64,000 nt of DNA from Octopus sinensis (GCF_006345805.1 NC_043020.1:18786001-18850000); one strand, 5' to 3'; shown: positions 26,222 to 40,645, counted from the stretch's first letter. Numbers and translations: made by a program. The notes: generated from the sequence alone by a model not told the origin.

Positions 26222-27875
26222 TCATTATTATTTTCAATGAAATGCTTAACGGCATTTCGTTTAAATTCTAGTCGATTGCTTAGTAGCAAATTATGTTTTC
26301 TCCCCCGGATTGCATAAAGGCAAATTTGTCCGCTGCAAAATTTGAACCCAGAAGAATTAGAACAATTACTGCAAGGCATTTTGTCCGATGTTCTATCTAT
26401 TCTGCTAAGACTCCACCCTTTCAAGAGCTCTGGTCTGGGCACAAGGTCAACAATTTGAGAAGAGGTGTCAATCGATTACATCCACTCTAATAGAAGACTG
26501 GTATTTTATTTTACTGACCACGAAAGGAGGAAAAGTAAAATCGACTGCCCTGGGATTTGAACTCGGGGCGCAAATCCCATGACAACTCTGCTAATTTTCC
26601 ACCTCACATAACGTTCTGAGAATTACCAGGGCATTTTTATTTCGTTAGTATTCGAACTCACAACGTAAACACAAAAACCTTGCTGTATTAGCCACACGCC
26701 AATTTGACCTCTGCTCTCGTTAAATAATATGTTAAAATTACGTTTAGCACGAGATTTGAACGAGGTAGTGGTGGATAGGAGGGGAGCTCTGTGGGTGGCG
26801 GGCTGACGGTCGGTAATGGAAATTATTAATTAACTGAAAATTATTTCTGTCTCAATAACAGCATTAATTAATAAAATCTCCTGTGGTTGGCCAACATTCT
26901 AATTGATTCTTAATTAACAATTAACTGATTGTTTCTTAACGAGGATTTCAACTTAATATAATTTTTTTTAATGTGAAAACGAAAACGAGAAAGGTTAAGA
27001 ACAATAAAACACAAAAACATAAACAACAGAAGTTGATATTCTCTTACTAGGTTCAGTCGCTGGACCGCGGCCATGCTACAACATCGCCTTCACATCAGAT
27101 ACATACCTCGACTTTCTCTTTCGTTCGATTTGATACCTATTTTCTCAATCTCACAATCTCGAATATATAGTTTACAATTTCTGACATAAAGACCACCCCA
27201 ACTCAACACAACTGTTTACACACATACACTCGCGCGCGCACACACATACAAATACACACTCACACACGCACATAGACAAGCACACACACATATCTATATA
27301 TCTGTATACCGATGTGTGTGAGTGTATATGTGTATATATATATATACAATTATTTTTAAATCTCTGGGTGAAAAGTAAGTGTGGGGGCATTAGCTCCCTT
27401 GTTCGAGATATAAGGATGCAGTTGTGAATCGATAGCCAGCTGAAAAAGATGTTTTCCTGGGGCCCAAAAAAGTAGTAATATCGTCCTAATCAGGACTGCC
27501 ACTTTACGTTGGCAAATAGATTTCACTCTTAATATATATATATATGTGTGTGCATGTATATGTGTGTGCATATGTGTATAAATATACATACACATACATA
27601 TAGGTACACATATGTATATGTATGTATATGTATGTAGATAGATAGGCAGATAGATAGATGCATACATACATACATACATACATACATACATACACACACA
27701 TACACACACATACATACATACATACATACATACATACATACATACATACATACATACATACATACATACATACATGCATGCATGCATGCATACATACATA
27801 CATACATATATACTTACATACACACATATCGCCTAAAGTTCCATAAGTCGTATATCTGTCAGCATAAGTCGTATA

Positions 27876-28371
27876 TCTTCAGTGCAACGAACTCAAGACA
27901 TATAAGAAAAATCACAACATCACATACCCGACAACCAACCGTAGAATTCGCCGCAGCATGTACGAATGTTTATCTTTACATACCTATGAAAATGGCGGGC
28001 TTTTTCGCAATGCATTTCGGTAACAACTTGCCTACTCGGAACAAGAATTCAGTATTGAACTATTCCGGTGAAAAATATAAATATAAAATATAAATTTTTT
28101 CTCTTACAAGGTTTTTCACGCTAACTACTAATAATTTCTTATAAAGATTTATCCTTATTTTTAAATTTATATTTTTCACCGGAATAGTACAATACTGAAT
28201 TCTTGTTCCGAGTAGGCAAGTTGTTACCGAAATGCATTGCGAAAAAGCCCGCCATTTTCATAGATATGTAAAGATAAACATTCGTACATGCTGCGGCGAA
28301 TTCTACGGTTGGTTGTCGGGTATGTGATGTTGTGTTTTTTCTTATATGTCTTGAGTTCGTTGCACTGAAGA
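27876..28371. repeat. Inverted repeat, 207-bp arms, 82-bp spacer
   Basis: 27876-28082 is the reverse complement of 28165-28371 with few differences. Confidence 0.95.
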
Positions 28372-28422
28372 GCATAGAATGCATATTCTGCATTGATTGC
28401 GAAATCACAGGTGATATGTAAC
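28359..28422 (+). ncRNA. Type I hammerhead ribozyme
   Basis: GTTGCA-CTGAAGA-GCA..TGC-GAAA-TCAC-ag-GTGA-TA-TGTAAC; 6-bp helix I with one GU pair, G-C base to helix II, 5-bp helix III. Confidence 0.8.
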
Positions 28423-28513
28423 TAAATTCTGTTTTTAAATGACTCGCTTGAAGTTTTGCATTCGGTACAATTTGTTTATTTTAGTAGTTTTGACTAGCGT
28501 GCGGTACCTAGGA

Positions 28514-28570
<57 letters not shown>

Positions 28571-28718
28571 GTACATAATATATATATTATATACATAAAT
28601 ATATATATATAATATATATATATATATACATAAATATATATATATACATAAATATATATATATACATCAATATATATATATATATATATGCATGTCTGTA
28701 CATAGTACATACATATAT

Positions 28719-29122
28719 AAGCGCAGGAGTGTCTCTGTGGTAAGAAGCTTGCTTCCCGACCACGTGGTTCCGGGTTCAGTCGCACTGCGAGGCACCTTGG
28801 GCAAGTGTCATCTACTATAATCTCAGGCCGTCCAAAGCCTTGGGAGTGAATTTCGTAGGGTGAAATTGAAAGAAGCCTGTCGGATATATATATATATATA
28901 TATATACGTGTATGTGTGTCTTTGTGTTTGTGGTTGCCTCCATCACCACCATCGCTTGACAACTAATGTTGGTGTGTTTACATCCCCGTAAACTAGTGGT
29001 TTGACAAAAGGGATCGATAGAATAAATACGAGGCTTACAAAGAATAAATCCAGGGATTGATTTCTTCGACTGAAAGGCGGTGCTCCAGCATCGCTCCAGT
29101 CAAATGCCTGAAACAAGTAAAA
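28719..29122 (+). mobile_element. SINE family A
   Basis: Collinear with family A, central (TA)n. Confidence 0.85.
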
Positions 29123-29307
29123 AAAAAAAAAAAAACATATGTGTGTGTGTGTATGTTCTTTAAATTTTCAAAACATTACATGTTTTTTGTTGTTCTAGAC
29201 ATCATGTTCAACTGTAGAGTATCACTTATAGAGCTACGAGCTACGATCTTTCTTCAAAATACCCAACTTAGCCGCTCTGTAATCCACGGGGTAGGAAGTT
29301 CATAAAA

Positions 29308-29544
29308 AATACCTATTTCTTTATTACCCACAAGGGGCTAAACACAGAGGGGACAAACAAGGACAGACATAAGTATTAAGTCGATTACATCGACCCAAGT
29401 GCGTAACTGGTACTTAATTTATCGACCCCGAAAGGATGAAAGGCAAAGTCGACCTCGGTGGAATTTGAACTCACAACGTAACGCAGACGAAATACCGCTA
29501 AGCATTTCGCCCGGCGTGCTAACGTTTCTGCCAGCTCGCCGCCC
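29308..29544 (-). mobile_element. SINE family B, well-preserved full length
   Basis: RC ggcggcgagctggcagaaacgttagc...gagttcaaattcc...ttgcctttcatcctttcggggtcgataaattaagtacc...gggtaataaagaaataggtatt. Confidence 0.9.
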
Positions 29545-29927
29545 TAAATACCAGTCACTCCAGTGATAATGAATGAGAAGCTGAAAGTGTATTTTGGGTA
29601 TTGAAATTACAGATGTATGCTTGTGTTTGTAATTTTGTATGCGCGGTGGTAGAAATTTGTTTCTGTTCGAGTATCATTGAGAGAACAGAATCGACATAGT
29701 GACAGGCAAACTGACAGACACGCTCGAGCAGTTTGAGTGTAAAGCACCGAGGCGGATATGCATATGGACAAGGAGACAGATGTGTGTAAAATATATGTGC
29801 GTATGAGCGTGTACGCTTGTGTACATATGCATGGCTGGATGAAGGTATATATATATATATATATATACACCCACATCATATACATACATCTATATATATA
29901 TATGTGTGTATATATATAGTATATATA

Positions 29928-29984
<57 letters not shown>

Positions 29985-30111
29985 TATATATAATATACAT
30001 ATATATATGCATATGTACATACATGTATATATACATACATGTATACGTACGTAATTGTATATATATGAGAGTCCGTGTAAATATATGTATATTTGTACGT
30101 ACGCATGTATA

Positions 30112-30162
<51 letters not shown>

Positions 30163-30191
30163 GAGAGAGAGAGAGAGAGAAGGGGGGAGGG

Positions 30192-30246
<55 letters not shown>

Positions 30247-30684
30247 AGAGAGAGAGAGAGAGATGCATTCATATATTTATATATGTGTACATGTCGGTCT
30301 GTGTGTGTTGTGTGTTGTGTACTCGCACACGCGCGCGCGTATGGCGGTTATCTTCATTTCTTTACACGGGAAGTCATTTCCTGTAAGTGATTTATTCGCT
30401 CAGAGGTGAGACAAAAACCAGTCTAAATTTATTTGTGTGAAATAGAAAATTAAGAAATGAGCAGGTAATGCGTAGGTGGTGGGAGATCAGTTGTAAGGAG
30501 ACAAAAGCTAGGGGCATATATCGGCATGGTCGAAGGTACGTATAAAATAGTTTTCAATGGCTTGCGGATTGTGCCTCTGTGTATTTAAAACAAAGCAATA
30601 AGAAAAATCGTAATGACACATACACAGAGGCACACATACATATAAACATATATGCATACAGGAACAGAAACACACACACACACA

Positions 30685-30729
<45 letters not shown>

Positions 30730-30811
30730 ACACACACATATATATATATATATGCATATCTGTACTTAAATATGTACGAATATATATATATGTTTAGTGT
30801 GTGTGTGTATT

Positions 30812-30870
<59 letters not shown>

Positions 30871-31015
30871 GTATATAATTAGATAGTATTATTTTATATA
30901 TATATGCACACATATACAATATACATGTGAACACACACACACACACACATATATATATGCATACATATAAGTATGTATGTATGTATGTATGTATGTATGT
31001 GTGTATGTATGTATG

Positions 31016-31072
<57 letters not shown>

Positions 31073-31419
31073 TGGGAGACTAAGACTGAGAGAGTAATAT
31101 ACAGAGATACATGGAATTCTTGAGATGGTCAATTTGACATTGTCCAATTTTGGGTGTCTCGAAGTCACTAAATGACCATCCTTAACACTCTGGACCAGTT
31201 CGAACGCCTCCCATTCCCCACTACAATCACCATCTCCACCAACACCGCCACCAGCAGCAGCAGCACTACGGACCAATATCGCTTGGTTTCTGTCATCACT
31301 TAATTACGTGATGAAAGGGAAACATCCAGACTGAATGGAGCACATATGTCGATGGAACAATCAGACCCTCGACCCTCTACCCTCTACAAACCACCCCCAT
31401 TCTTCACTTCTGGCCTCAC

Positions 31420-31494
<75 letters not shown>

Positions 31495-31719
31495 AACTCT
31501 CTCTCTCTCTCCTCTCTCCTATCTACTCTCTATCTATCTACCTTTCTTATCCTCTCCCTTTTCACTTACTGCTTCTTTCACTTCTCACCCTCACGCCTTT
31601 CGCAAACTCAACAACGACCTTCTTCTGTCTCTTTCATACTCTTCCTCAATATTTCTCCCTATTTTTCTTTCACTGCCATATATTCTCTCTCACTCTCTCT
31701 CTCTCTCTCTTTCTCTCTC

Positions 31720-31758
<39 letters not shown>

Positions 31759-33234
31759 CTCTCTTATAAACATTTCCTCTTTCTTTATATCACTCCTCCT
31801 CTTTCTGTCGTAGGTTCTGACCAACATTTCCCGGTGAAAACCCTATTTTGTCCTGATTTAAAGTGACTCATACATTTCCTCATTAGAAAAAGGATTCGCT
31901 TCCGGCTCCCAGCAATACATCCTGTTTGGATTATTGACACTTATTACATCCATTTTTTCCTTCTTATCCGTTCGCCCTTCCTTTCATTCCTCTTCTCTTT
32001 CTCTTTTCTTCTTCCTTTTCTGTTCATCTTTTCGCACCCTTCACGCTTGATTAGCTGCGCCTGACTTTGAAACCACGCCGTTACGCTAATAATAATCATT
32101 GCAAGAATATAGCTTCATTACAGCGGCTACAAAGATATGACATCATCACTACCTATTATTAACTATATTATCCCTACTGTTGTTACTATTATAGTCTTCA
32201 TTATCAATCTATTATTAATATTATTATTATTGTTATTGTTGTTGTCATCGTTGTTGTTGTCATTGTTTTTGTTAATCGCGGCGCACTTAAGTCTGACGTG
32301 CTAAATTTCTACTGCGGTATTTCTTGTTGATTTACAAGTGTAACTAAATGAAATAATTTTCATTTTTATTTCAAACAGGGGCTTTCATTGAGTATTTTGG
32401 GCAATCTTCCCCTTTCTAAAGTTAGTCAACAAGCCGCTTTTAAATAAATACTGCCATTTTATTCTGCTGTCTAACGCTGAGATAAAAAAAGGGATTCTTT
32501 TCTCGGCACAGCTTCTCGAAAAGATTACAGTAATACAAAACGACCGCCAAACAAAGGAAAACAGCAGATATATTAATTAATACACAAACAGATGGAAGAA
32601 TAGAAAAAAATACAAAGAGGAAAGTGCAGCTTACTAAACAGTATATGTGAGAACAACTGAAATAAGCCTGCTCATACTGTGTTGGGTGCAAGCTTGAACA
32701 ATAAAAAGCTATCCTTCGCCATCGTACTTTCAAGCAAAACCTTGATGAAGCACACTTTGCTGAAAGAACGAAAGCGCGGTTGCGTTTTCTACAGAAAACA
32801 GACGCCATCCTAACACAATCTGCTGCAAAGGCGCATAAGAGAAGTAAAACTGTCTGACAGCGTTCTGACAAAATCACGGAAGCTTTCCTTGTTCCATTCT
32901 TGAAGGGCATGTAAACATCATTGGCAGATACAAGAGTTGAACAAAATAATGGAAACACCTAACACCATAGTATCATAATTTTGAAATATCTATAAAACCG
33001 CCAAAAGCTTGTTTATTTTTATGCTTTTCGATTTATTATTAGTGTTGCTTAATATGTTTTTTTGCTAAAATTGCTGTTTCTTTTCAGATATCCTCTCTAT
33101 GATGCATAACACTTCATGTGATGCATCATAGAGAGGACGGACAAGGAACTTGGTATGGCTGGGACCCTGATCAATTAGATGAACGAAGAGCTTTCAATAC
33201 TTGGTGGCTGTTCTCACGGCGTCGCTTTCGTTGA

Positions 33235-33324
33235 GGAATGAGTAAGGACCATTTAGTACAGGCATGTCAACGATTCTGGTCTCGCATTGAGCCAGACGTT
33301 GAAGCTAAAGGTGGATTCATGTAA
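33235..33324 (+). pseudogene. Tc1/mariner-superfamily (maT/DD37D-like) transposase C-terminal remnant
   Basis: GMSKDHLVQACQRFWSRIEPDVEAKGGFM*, matching the AC..FRSRIEAV.EA.GG.. terminus from recall. Confidence 0.6.
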
Positions 33325-33626
33325 TAATCGAATGAGAAAGCTTATCGAGAACATGTGCACAAATTTGTATTAAAAGACATTTGAGTTTTGGTAGATTAGA
33401 GTTGTGTTACTGAATTACGTAATATGCCTCAAACCCCTCTTGCATCCTGTATATGTATATAAATATGTGTGAGTGTGTGTGTGTGTGCGTTATTACACCC
33501 ATCACATTCCTCTTGTCTTTCCATGTGCCTTACCATTGCATTTCTTGTGTAAGTTTCAAATGTTATGTCACTTAGATAACTTTTCTTCTCCCCCAATACT
33601 CGCACTTGGTCTCTCTCTCTCTCTCT

Positions 33627-33725
<99 letters not shown>

Positions 33726-34088
33726 CCTATCTCCATCTCTCTTGATTCTTTAGTTGATACCTTCTTTCCTTGTAACAGCCTCTCACACTCATACCCTATC
33801 GCACTCACCAATCACACCCTCCACATTCCTCTTCCCTTCCCTTTTATTTCACATTCACACTTGCTCCCACCTCATTATATCTTTCTTACACAGACACCAA
33901 CACTTCAGCTACACTCCTGCATCAGTATCCTTCTACACAAATAAATATACTCCAAAATACTCACAATACTCTCTCCACATGGCCATCACCAGGATCAGCT
34001 TCACTCCTAAACTTGCATTTACACACCCTCCTTCCTTCTTAAGTGCCCCCTTAAAACCACATTCGCATCTGGTTTCTAACCCCTCGTC

Positions 34089-34128
<40 letters not shown>

Positions 34129-34143
34129 CTCTATCTATCTCTA

Positions 34144-34212
<69 letters not shown>

Positions 34213-35431
34213 ATATTTATCTATCTATCTATCTCTCTCTCTCATTCCCCCCTCTCTCTCTCTCTCTCTCTCCCTCTCAACCACTCACTCACTCCCACTA
34301 TACATTTCTCTTTATTCTCTTGAAACACAAACGACTAAAACATTAAGACTTTTCCCTCCCCAATAAAGCATTAAGCTAACATCGTATTTCTTAAACATTG
34401 TCCCCACTCCCCCCATGTGCTGTTTTTTTATTGTTCATTACATTTACAGAAGCATGTCCATGCATATGTGTGTTTGTGTGAGCGTATGTATTCGTGTGTG
34501 TGTGCATGTGTGTGTATATATACCATGTATGCATATAGCCATATAGGCATACGATGTGTATTCTGCTGGTAGAGGCAGAAATTTATGGTTGCTCTCCCAA
34601 AAAGGTAACCAACAACAACTATAGCAGGCCTCTTGCATTTGAAATTCGCAGTAGTTTTCTTCAGAATATTTCCTTAGCATATCACATGTTGGATCGTATG
34701 AATTCTCTTAAAGAATAAAATACTGTTTAGGCGTAGGTATGGCTTCGTGCTAAGAAGTTTGATTCTCAAGAGTCTTCTTCTATAGCTCCGGGCCGACCAA
34801 AGCCTTGAGTGGACTTGCTAGAAGGAAACTGAAAGAAAGCCGTCATATAAATAAAATACGCATATAAATGTGTGTTTGTTTGTGTGCTTATGATCGTCTC
34901 TATTTGTCAACCGATGTTGCTTTGTTTTCATCCTTCTAACTTAGCAGTTTGATAGAATAAGTACCAGACTTCAACCATACACTTATGGCCGCAGTCTGAT
35001 GACTGAAACAAGTCAAACATAAAAGAGAGAAGGTTACTGCTTCCCCCGTATGGCAATACATGCTGTTTCAGCTACAATAATTCGCCGCCAAGAACGTACT
35101 ATATTGATGACATTTCGGAGATAGCCGCACGTAACGCGAAATTCCTCATCATCGACATTTCCATCGCACGTTAAGTGTTTAAGAGTTTCACCACCGCTTC
35201 TTTGCTTCAACAAGTATTTGGCTGTTTTCTTTTGTTCTTGCATACTTTCGAAATACAACGTGACGTAATGGTCACGAGTCTAAAAGAGACATTAAGTTTT
35301 TAGTATATTGAAGGTCTTAGCATCTCAAATTTTTCCCGCTTCAGTCTAACTGCATGGCACCTTGGGCGAGTGTCTTCTACTATAGTCCCAGGACCACCAA
35401 AGCCTTGTGTGTGTGGATTTGATAAAAGGAA

Positions 35432-35531
35432 NNNNNNNNNNNNNNNNNNNNNNNNNNNNNNNNNNNNNNNNNNNNNNNNNNNNNNNNNNNNNNNNNNNNN
35501 NNNNNNNNNNNNNNNNNNNNNNNNNNNNNNN
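35432..35531. other. Assembly gap (100 N)
   Basis: Directly visible; true size and adjacency unknown. Confidence 1.
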
Positions 35532-35575
35532 GTTGCATGCAAAACTGCATGTCTGTCTGCATTTCTGTTTTCGCA

Positions 35576-35624
<49 letters not shown>

Positions 35625-35983
35625 TGTGTGTGTGGTGAGTGAGTGCGTGCGTGTGTGTGAGTCGGTTTATGTGCATGTGTTTGAGGGGGTGCGTACGTAA
35701 ATAGGTGCGCGTGGTATTTTTTTGTTCTTTTTATTTTTTTCCAGTTTAGAGTGAGTTATACATAACACTGTATACAAGGCTCTATGTATATATTAATATA
35801 TGTGTGTATATCATTCATGTATACTATTGAGAATCAAATATACACACATACATACATACATCCATACATACATATACTAAATATAATACGAAGGAAAACT
35901 AAAGTGAAGCCCGAATAAATACTGCGTGTACCTAAATGGCAAAAAATAAGGATGACCCGCCCCAAGTATAAATATAGATATAA

Positions 35984-36028
<45 letters not shown>

Positions 36029-36527
36029 TGCATGTGTGTATGTATGTATGTATGTATGTATATATGTATATGTATGTGTCAGAGAATTTGTTTTGGGGTT
36101 TGAAAACGCACCTGAATCTAGAAGCGTTTAGTCGTTTTAAAATTTTATAATAGATTTATTCAAATACGAAACAAGTTTCGACAATTTTCTTGTTTATCAA
36201 AGGAAAAAAAATTTAAATGTATATACAAGAGAAAAGCTTTCAGATAGTTTAAAGTTTCAAGGGAGCATTCGGAGAAACATGTTTAAACGATCAAATGTTC
36301 ATACAAATTCCAATGAGTTTAACAGAAATAGAGAGTTATATAGATTTAAATGTTCGACGAAATTGATAAGAGACGTATATGACAGTAAGTTCAGTAATAT
36401 ACGATGAAGTCTTTTTTTTTTAAAGAGTAAGATAAAAATAAATGGAAAGAAAAATTTTTTGTTTTACAAAATATCTGACGTAAAGAATGAAGAATTCTTC
36501 ATCGCTGGCTGGTTTTATTGATACGAG

Positions 36528-36622
<95 letters not shown>

Positions 36623-36636
36623 ATATATAGATATAT

Positions 36637-36700
<64 letters not shown>

Positions 36701-36703
<3 letters not shown>

Positions 36704-36956
36704 TACGTTTAAACACATAAGAATCATCCATCATAGATGTTCTGTGTAGCGATGCCGGAAGACGCTAGACAGAACAATTAAACTCCAAACCATTATTAGG
36801 GATAAAATTTCGAAGGGAATGAAAAATAAAACCATTTACTATCTATTTTTCATTCCCTTCGAAATTTTATCCCTAATAGTGGTTTGGAATTTAACTGTTC
36901 TCTCTACCGTGCAAGAAGTTATATGATGGATGCCCCTTATGTGTTTAAATGTACAC
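36701..36956. mobile_element. Fold-back MITE-like element next to (TA)n
   Basis: Outer arms gtgtacgtttaaacacataag / cttatgtgtttaaatgtacac; inner ~60-bp arms 36768-36828 / 36844-36903. Confidence 0.7.
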
Positions 36957-37464
36957 TCTATTTATATGAATAATATATAGTCTATTGACTAAATTTTTAC
37001 ACGCTAGGGCACTGTTAATGGAAATTTCAAATATTTCTGATTACCCTTTGATATTATTAATTATATATATATAACATAGAGAGAGAGGGGGGAGAGAAGA
37101 GGGTAATATTATTATACATACATTGTGTGTTTTGTTTATCTGCCAATATGCTGAGGGATAGCTTCCTGAGAAAGCTTTCGACACGACGTTGAGCGTTAAA
37201 TGTCCCAGACCAGGCGAGAAAACTCACCTCACGGTGAGCAGGAATGATAGATATGGATATTTTGCTATTATAGCGTCTTTTAGATACCGTGTATTCGACA
37301 TACGTCGAAATTAAATGAACCGTCGGACTGGGACAGATATGCAAATAGTGTGAAGCCAGTAAAGAATAACGTTTAAAGAATGATTGTAATCCTTATTAGA
37401 TAAAGACTAAAAGCATGTATTTCATTTCAATATATTATATTTTTTTACATGGAATCATCCTATT

Positions 37465-37645
37465 ACTTGTTTCAGTCGTTAAACTGCGGCCATGCTGGGG
37501 CATGTATCTATCTCAGTACTTTTTTTTGTAAAGCTTGGTACTTATTCCCTCGAACCGCTATGTTGCGGAGATATAAACTCACTAACACCGATTGTCAAGC
37601 AGTTGAGAGGGGGACAAAACAGACTCAAAAACACACGCAGATATG

Positions 37646-37693
<48 letters not shown>

Positions 37694-37825
37694 GACGGAC
37701 TTCTTTCAGTTTCCGTTTACAAATCCACTCACAAGGCTTTTATCGGCCCGAGGCTATACTAGAAGAAACTTGCTCAAGGTGCTATGCATCGGGAACCATG
37801 TGGTTGGGAAGCAAGCTTCTTACCA
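37465..37825 (-). mobile_element. SINE family A, diverged copy
   Basis: Reverse complement collinear with family A. Confidence 0.8.
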
Positions 37826-37979
37826 CATTCCACACTGTCATAAAACGTTGGATAGATTCGTTAAATGAATTCAGAGTAGATGAACAATTTAGGTTAAAGA
37901 TGAAGAAAGCAACAGTTGTATTTTCGACCGAACCCAGAGACACGAGGACGGAAGTTGGCTACCGATCAGGAGAAGCGAA

Positions 37980-39260
37980 AGGTTAATAATTTATCTGAGA
38001 AAACATTAAATGATATACGTGAACATACTGAGGAAAGGGCTGAAATTTCCACATTCTCCCGTTAAAATAGTCGAGCATGTTTTGAAGAATATTATAGGGA
38101 CGACGAATCACAAGCAAAAATTAAATAAAATCTGCCCAAAGAAAGAAAAAAATAAACCTCTTCACACTTTCTCCGAACATTTTACGAATATTCTCATGCA
38201 ATTGAAAGAGAATAGAAATGTTAATTAAATAGGAATAATATCAAATTTCTCGAAACAAGAATGGACACTGAAATTACAATTGAAGAAGCCGATAAAGGTA
38301 ATACTGTTGCTATCATGGATACACAGTATCACAGAGAATTTGTAAATAAAATGTTAGAAAATGATAACTGCTCTGAAATAATAGACAACTATAAACAACC
38401 AAAGTTAATGGGAAGTCGCCCAACTTTACTGAATAAATACCGCAAACGTTCGACACTACAAAAAATTGACGATATAAGCAATTTCAAATGCAAAACCAGT
38501 AATTTCTGTCGTTTGCCCAAAATACACAAAATAAAGACTTAAGTGACGTCTGTAAAAACTTTATATCCAAGTATATCAAAAAGTCACTTCCAGATGATTT
38601 GAAATTGAGATCAACTATAGCAAGTCCTGCGTATGAAATACACAGGTTATAAGCAAAATTGTGGATATCTTACGAAACCTTTTTTTAAAGCACGTAAAGG
38701 GTTGTATTCGAGATGATCTCTGTATACAGTTACTCACTTAACTTTTATCCGTGATGATCTTTAGATATAGTTAATCCCTCAAGGAAAACACTGAGTCGGA
38801 ATACAAAGATTCTTTTCTTTGATTTTGTTAATTTATGCACCAATATTCCTCATGATTATGGAAGTAATGCGATTAAAAAGAGTCTTGATACATACCAAGT
38901 TGAGTGACCAGACCTAGTTGAGAAAAAATTATCATTGATGGACGAAGATTCGTATTACAAAACAATGACTTCATATTCGATAAACTAGCGTTCCGCAAAA
39001 TATCAATGACTGCAATGGGAATCAAAGTTGCCCTTTTGTATGTCAACTTAGTAATGGATTACCGTAAGTACGAAGTATCGTCTTAAATATTTGAAAACGC
39101 GTCTTATATTTTAGTGAAAACTGGAAAGAACTGTCATTTCTAGACATTTTAATTATGGAAAATATGCGGAAGAATAGAAACAAATATTTAGTGCCTTGCA
39201 TTTCAACTTTAAAAAGATTTGCACAATTGTGTCAAATACAACAAATTATTGTCAAAGATT
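37980..39260 (+). pseudogene. Penelope-like element reverse transcriptase, degenerate
   Basis: NNLSEK..ILRKGLKF, EADKGNTVAIMD, RLPKIHK, FDFVNLCTNIPHDYG, TAMGIKVALLYVNLVM, KICTIVS; multiple stops and frameshifts. Confidence 0.85.
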
Positions 39261-39512
39261 GGAAGAATTGAAAAATAAAATATAGTGATTGAATGGGCAT
39301 TTCCATTTAGTCTTCTTATGAATAGAACAGAAAGAGCAATATCAATAGATCTTTATAAAGTAAAACCCAGAAAACGAATAAATACCAGGCTTTAAAAAAT
39401 AAGTCTTGAGGTCGATTTGTTCGAGTAAAACTGTTCAAGCTAGTGCCCAGCATGACCGCGGTCAAATGACTGAAACAAGTAAAAGAGTAAAATGATATAT
39501 ATATATGTGTGT

Positions 39513-39552
<40 letters not shown>

Positions 39553-39556
<4 letters not shown>

Positions 39557-39860
39557 AGGCGCAATGTCCCAGTGGTTAGGGAAGCGGACTTGTGGTCGTA
39601 GGATCGCGGTCTCGATTCCCAGACCGGGCGTTGTGAGTGTTTATTGAGCGAAAACACCTAAAGGCTCCACGAGGCTCCGGCAGGGGGGGGGGTGATCCCT
39701 GCTGTACTCTTTCACCACTCTTTCTCCCACTCTTGGCCTGCTCTTGGCCTGCTCGCTTAGCCAGCGGGGTGGCGTCATTCGAAGGCTAAAACAATGCGAA
39801 CGCATTGTGACCAGCGATGTGTAACAACATCTGATGGTCTGGTCGGTCACGTGATCACGT

Positions 39861-39862
<2 letters not shown>
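39553..39862 (+). mobile_element. tRNA-headed SINE family F
   Basis: gtggaggcgcaatgtcccagtggttagg...ggtctcgattcccagaccgggcg head like family E, with an unrelated body ending gtcacgtgatcacgtga. Confidence 0.7.
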
Positions 39863-39905
<43 letters not shown>

Positions 39906-40566
39906 TATATATATATTATATATAATATATATATATATATGCCATAATATGCAGCAATCCCGATAATATTATCATCCAGTGAAGCGAACACGCAATTTCA
40001 TATTGGAGGAATTTGCAGCGTGTGTGAAACTACTGGAAGTCATAGACGTTAAATATTAATCGATGCTGTTAGTCGTAACCTTGAATATAACAGAGAGCTA
40101 CCATGGTGTCCGTCCGGATAATATATCCCTCTAAACTTACATATGTGTCTATATATATGGAGAAAAAAATTCACCATTTAACAGTGGAAGTTGCGTTAGA
40201 GCACACAAATACTGCAATATTTACCACGGGAAAAAATTCTCATATGGTGCATAAAAGCACATCACAGCTATCGCCAGCGGCAGACAATCACGCCTACTTC
40301 CGCCACTCGGACTACGTGATCACATGATTTCGGCCTGATTTGGCCTTTTCAATGATAGATACCAAACGGGTGGATGTAGCAGTAATTGCTGCGCTAACGA
40401 TATACATAGAAATAACAGAGCCAAAACTGGCGCTGGTGTCGCTAAAGGCCAGTGGGCTTATCAAAAAAAAATTAATAGAGTGACAGAGGCAGTATTAATA
40501 CCCAGAGGTAAAATATTCACCACTTAAAAGTGGAAGTTTTATACATATATATATACATATATATAC

Positions 40567-40633
<67 letters not shown>

Positions 40634-40645
40634 ATATATATTATA

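Noticed and set aside
32440-32958. 172-aa minus-strand ORF
   Set aside because: F/L/C/V-rich composition typical of antisense to A-rich DNA; no recognisable motif.
34991-35018. CTGATGA-ct-GAAAC-aa-GTC hammerhead look-alike
   Set aside because: It is a mutated SINE A 3' end (consensus cagtcaaatgactgaaacaagta); no helix I or II.
38018-38048. CTGAGGA...GAAA motif
   Set aside because: Lies in PLE coding sequence (LRKGLKF); no helices form.
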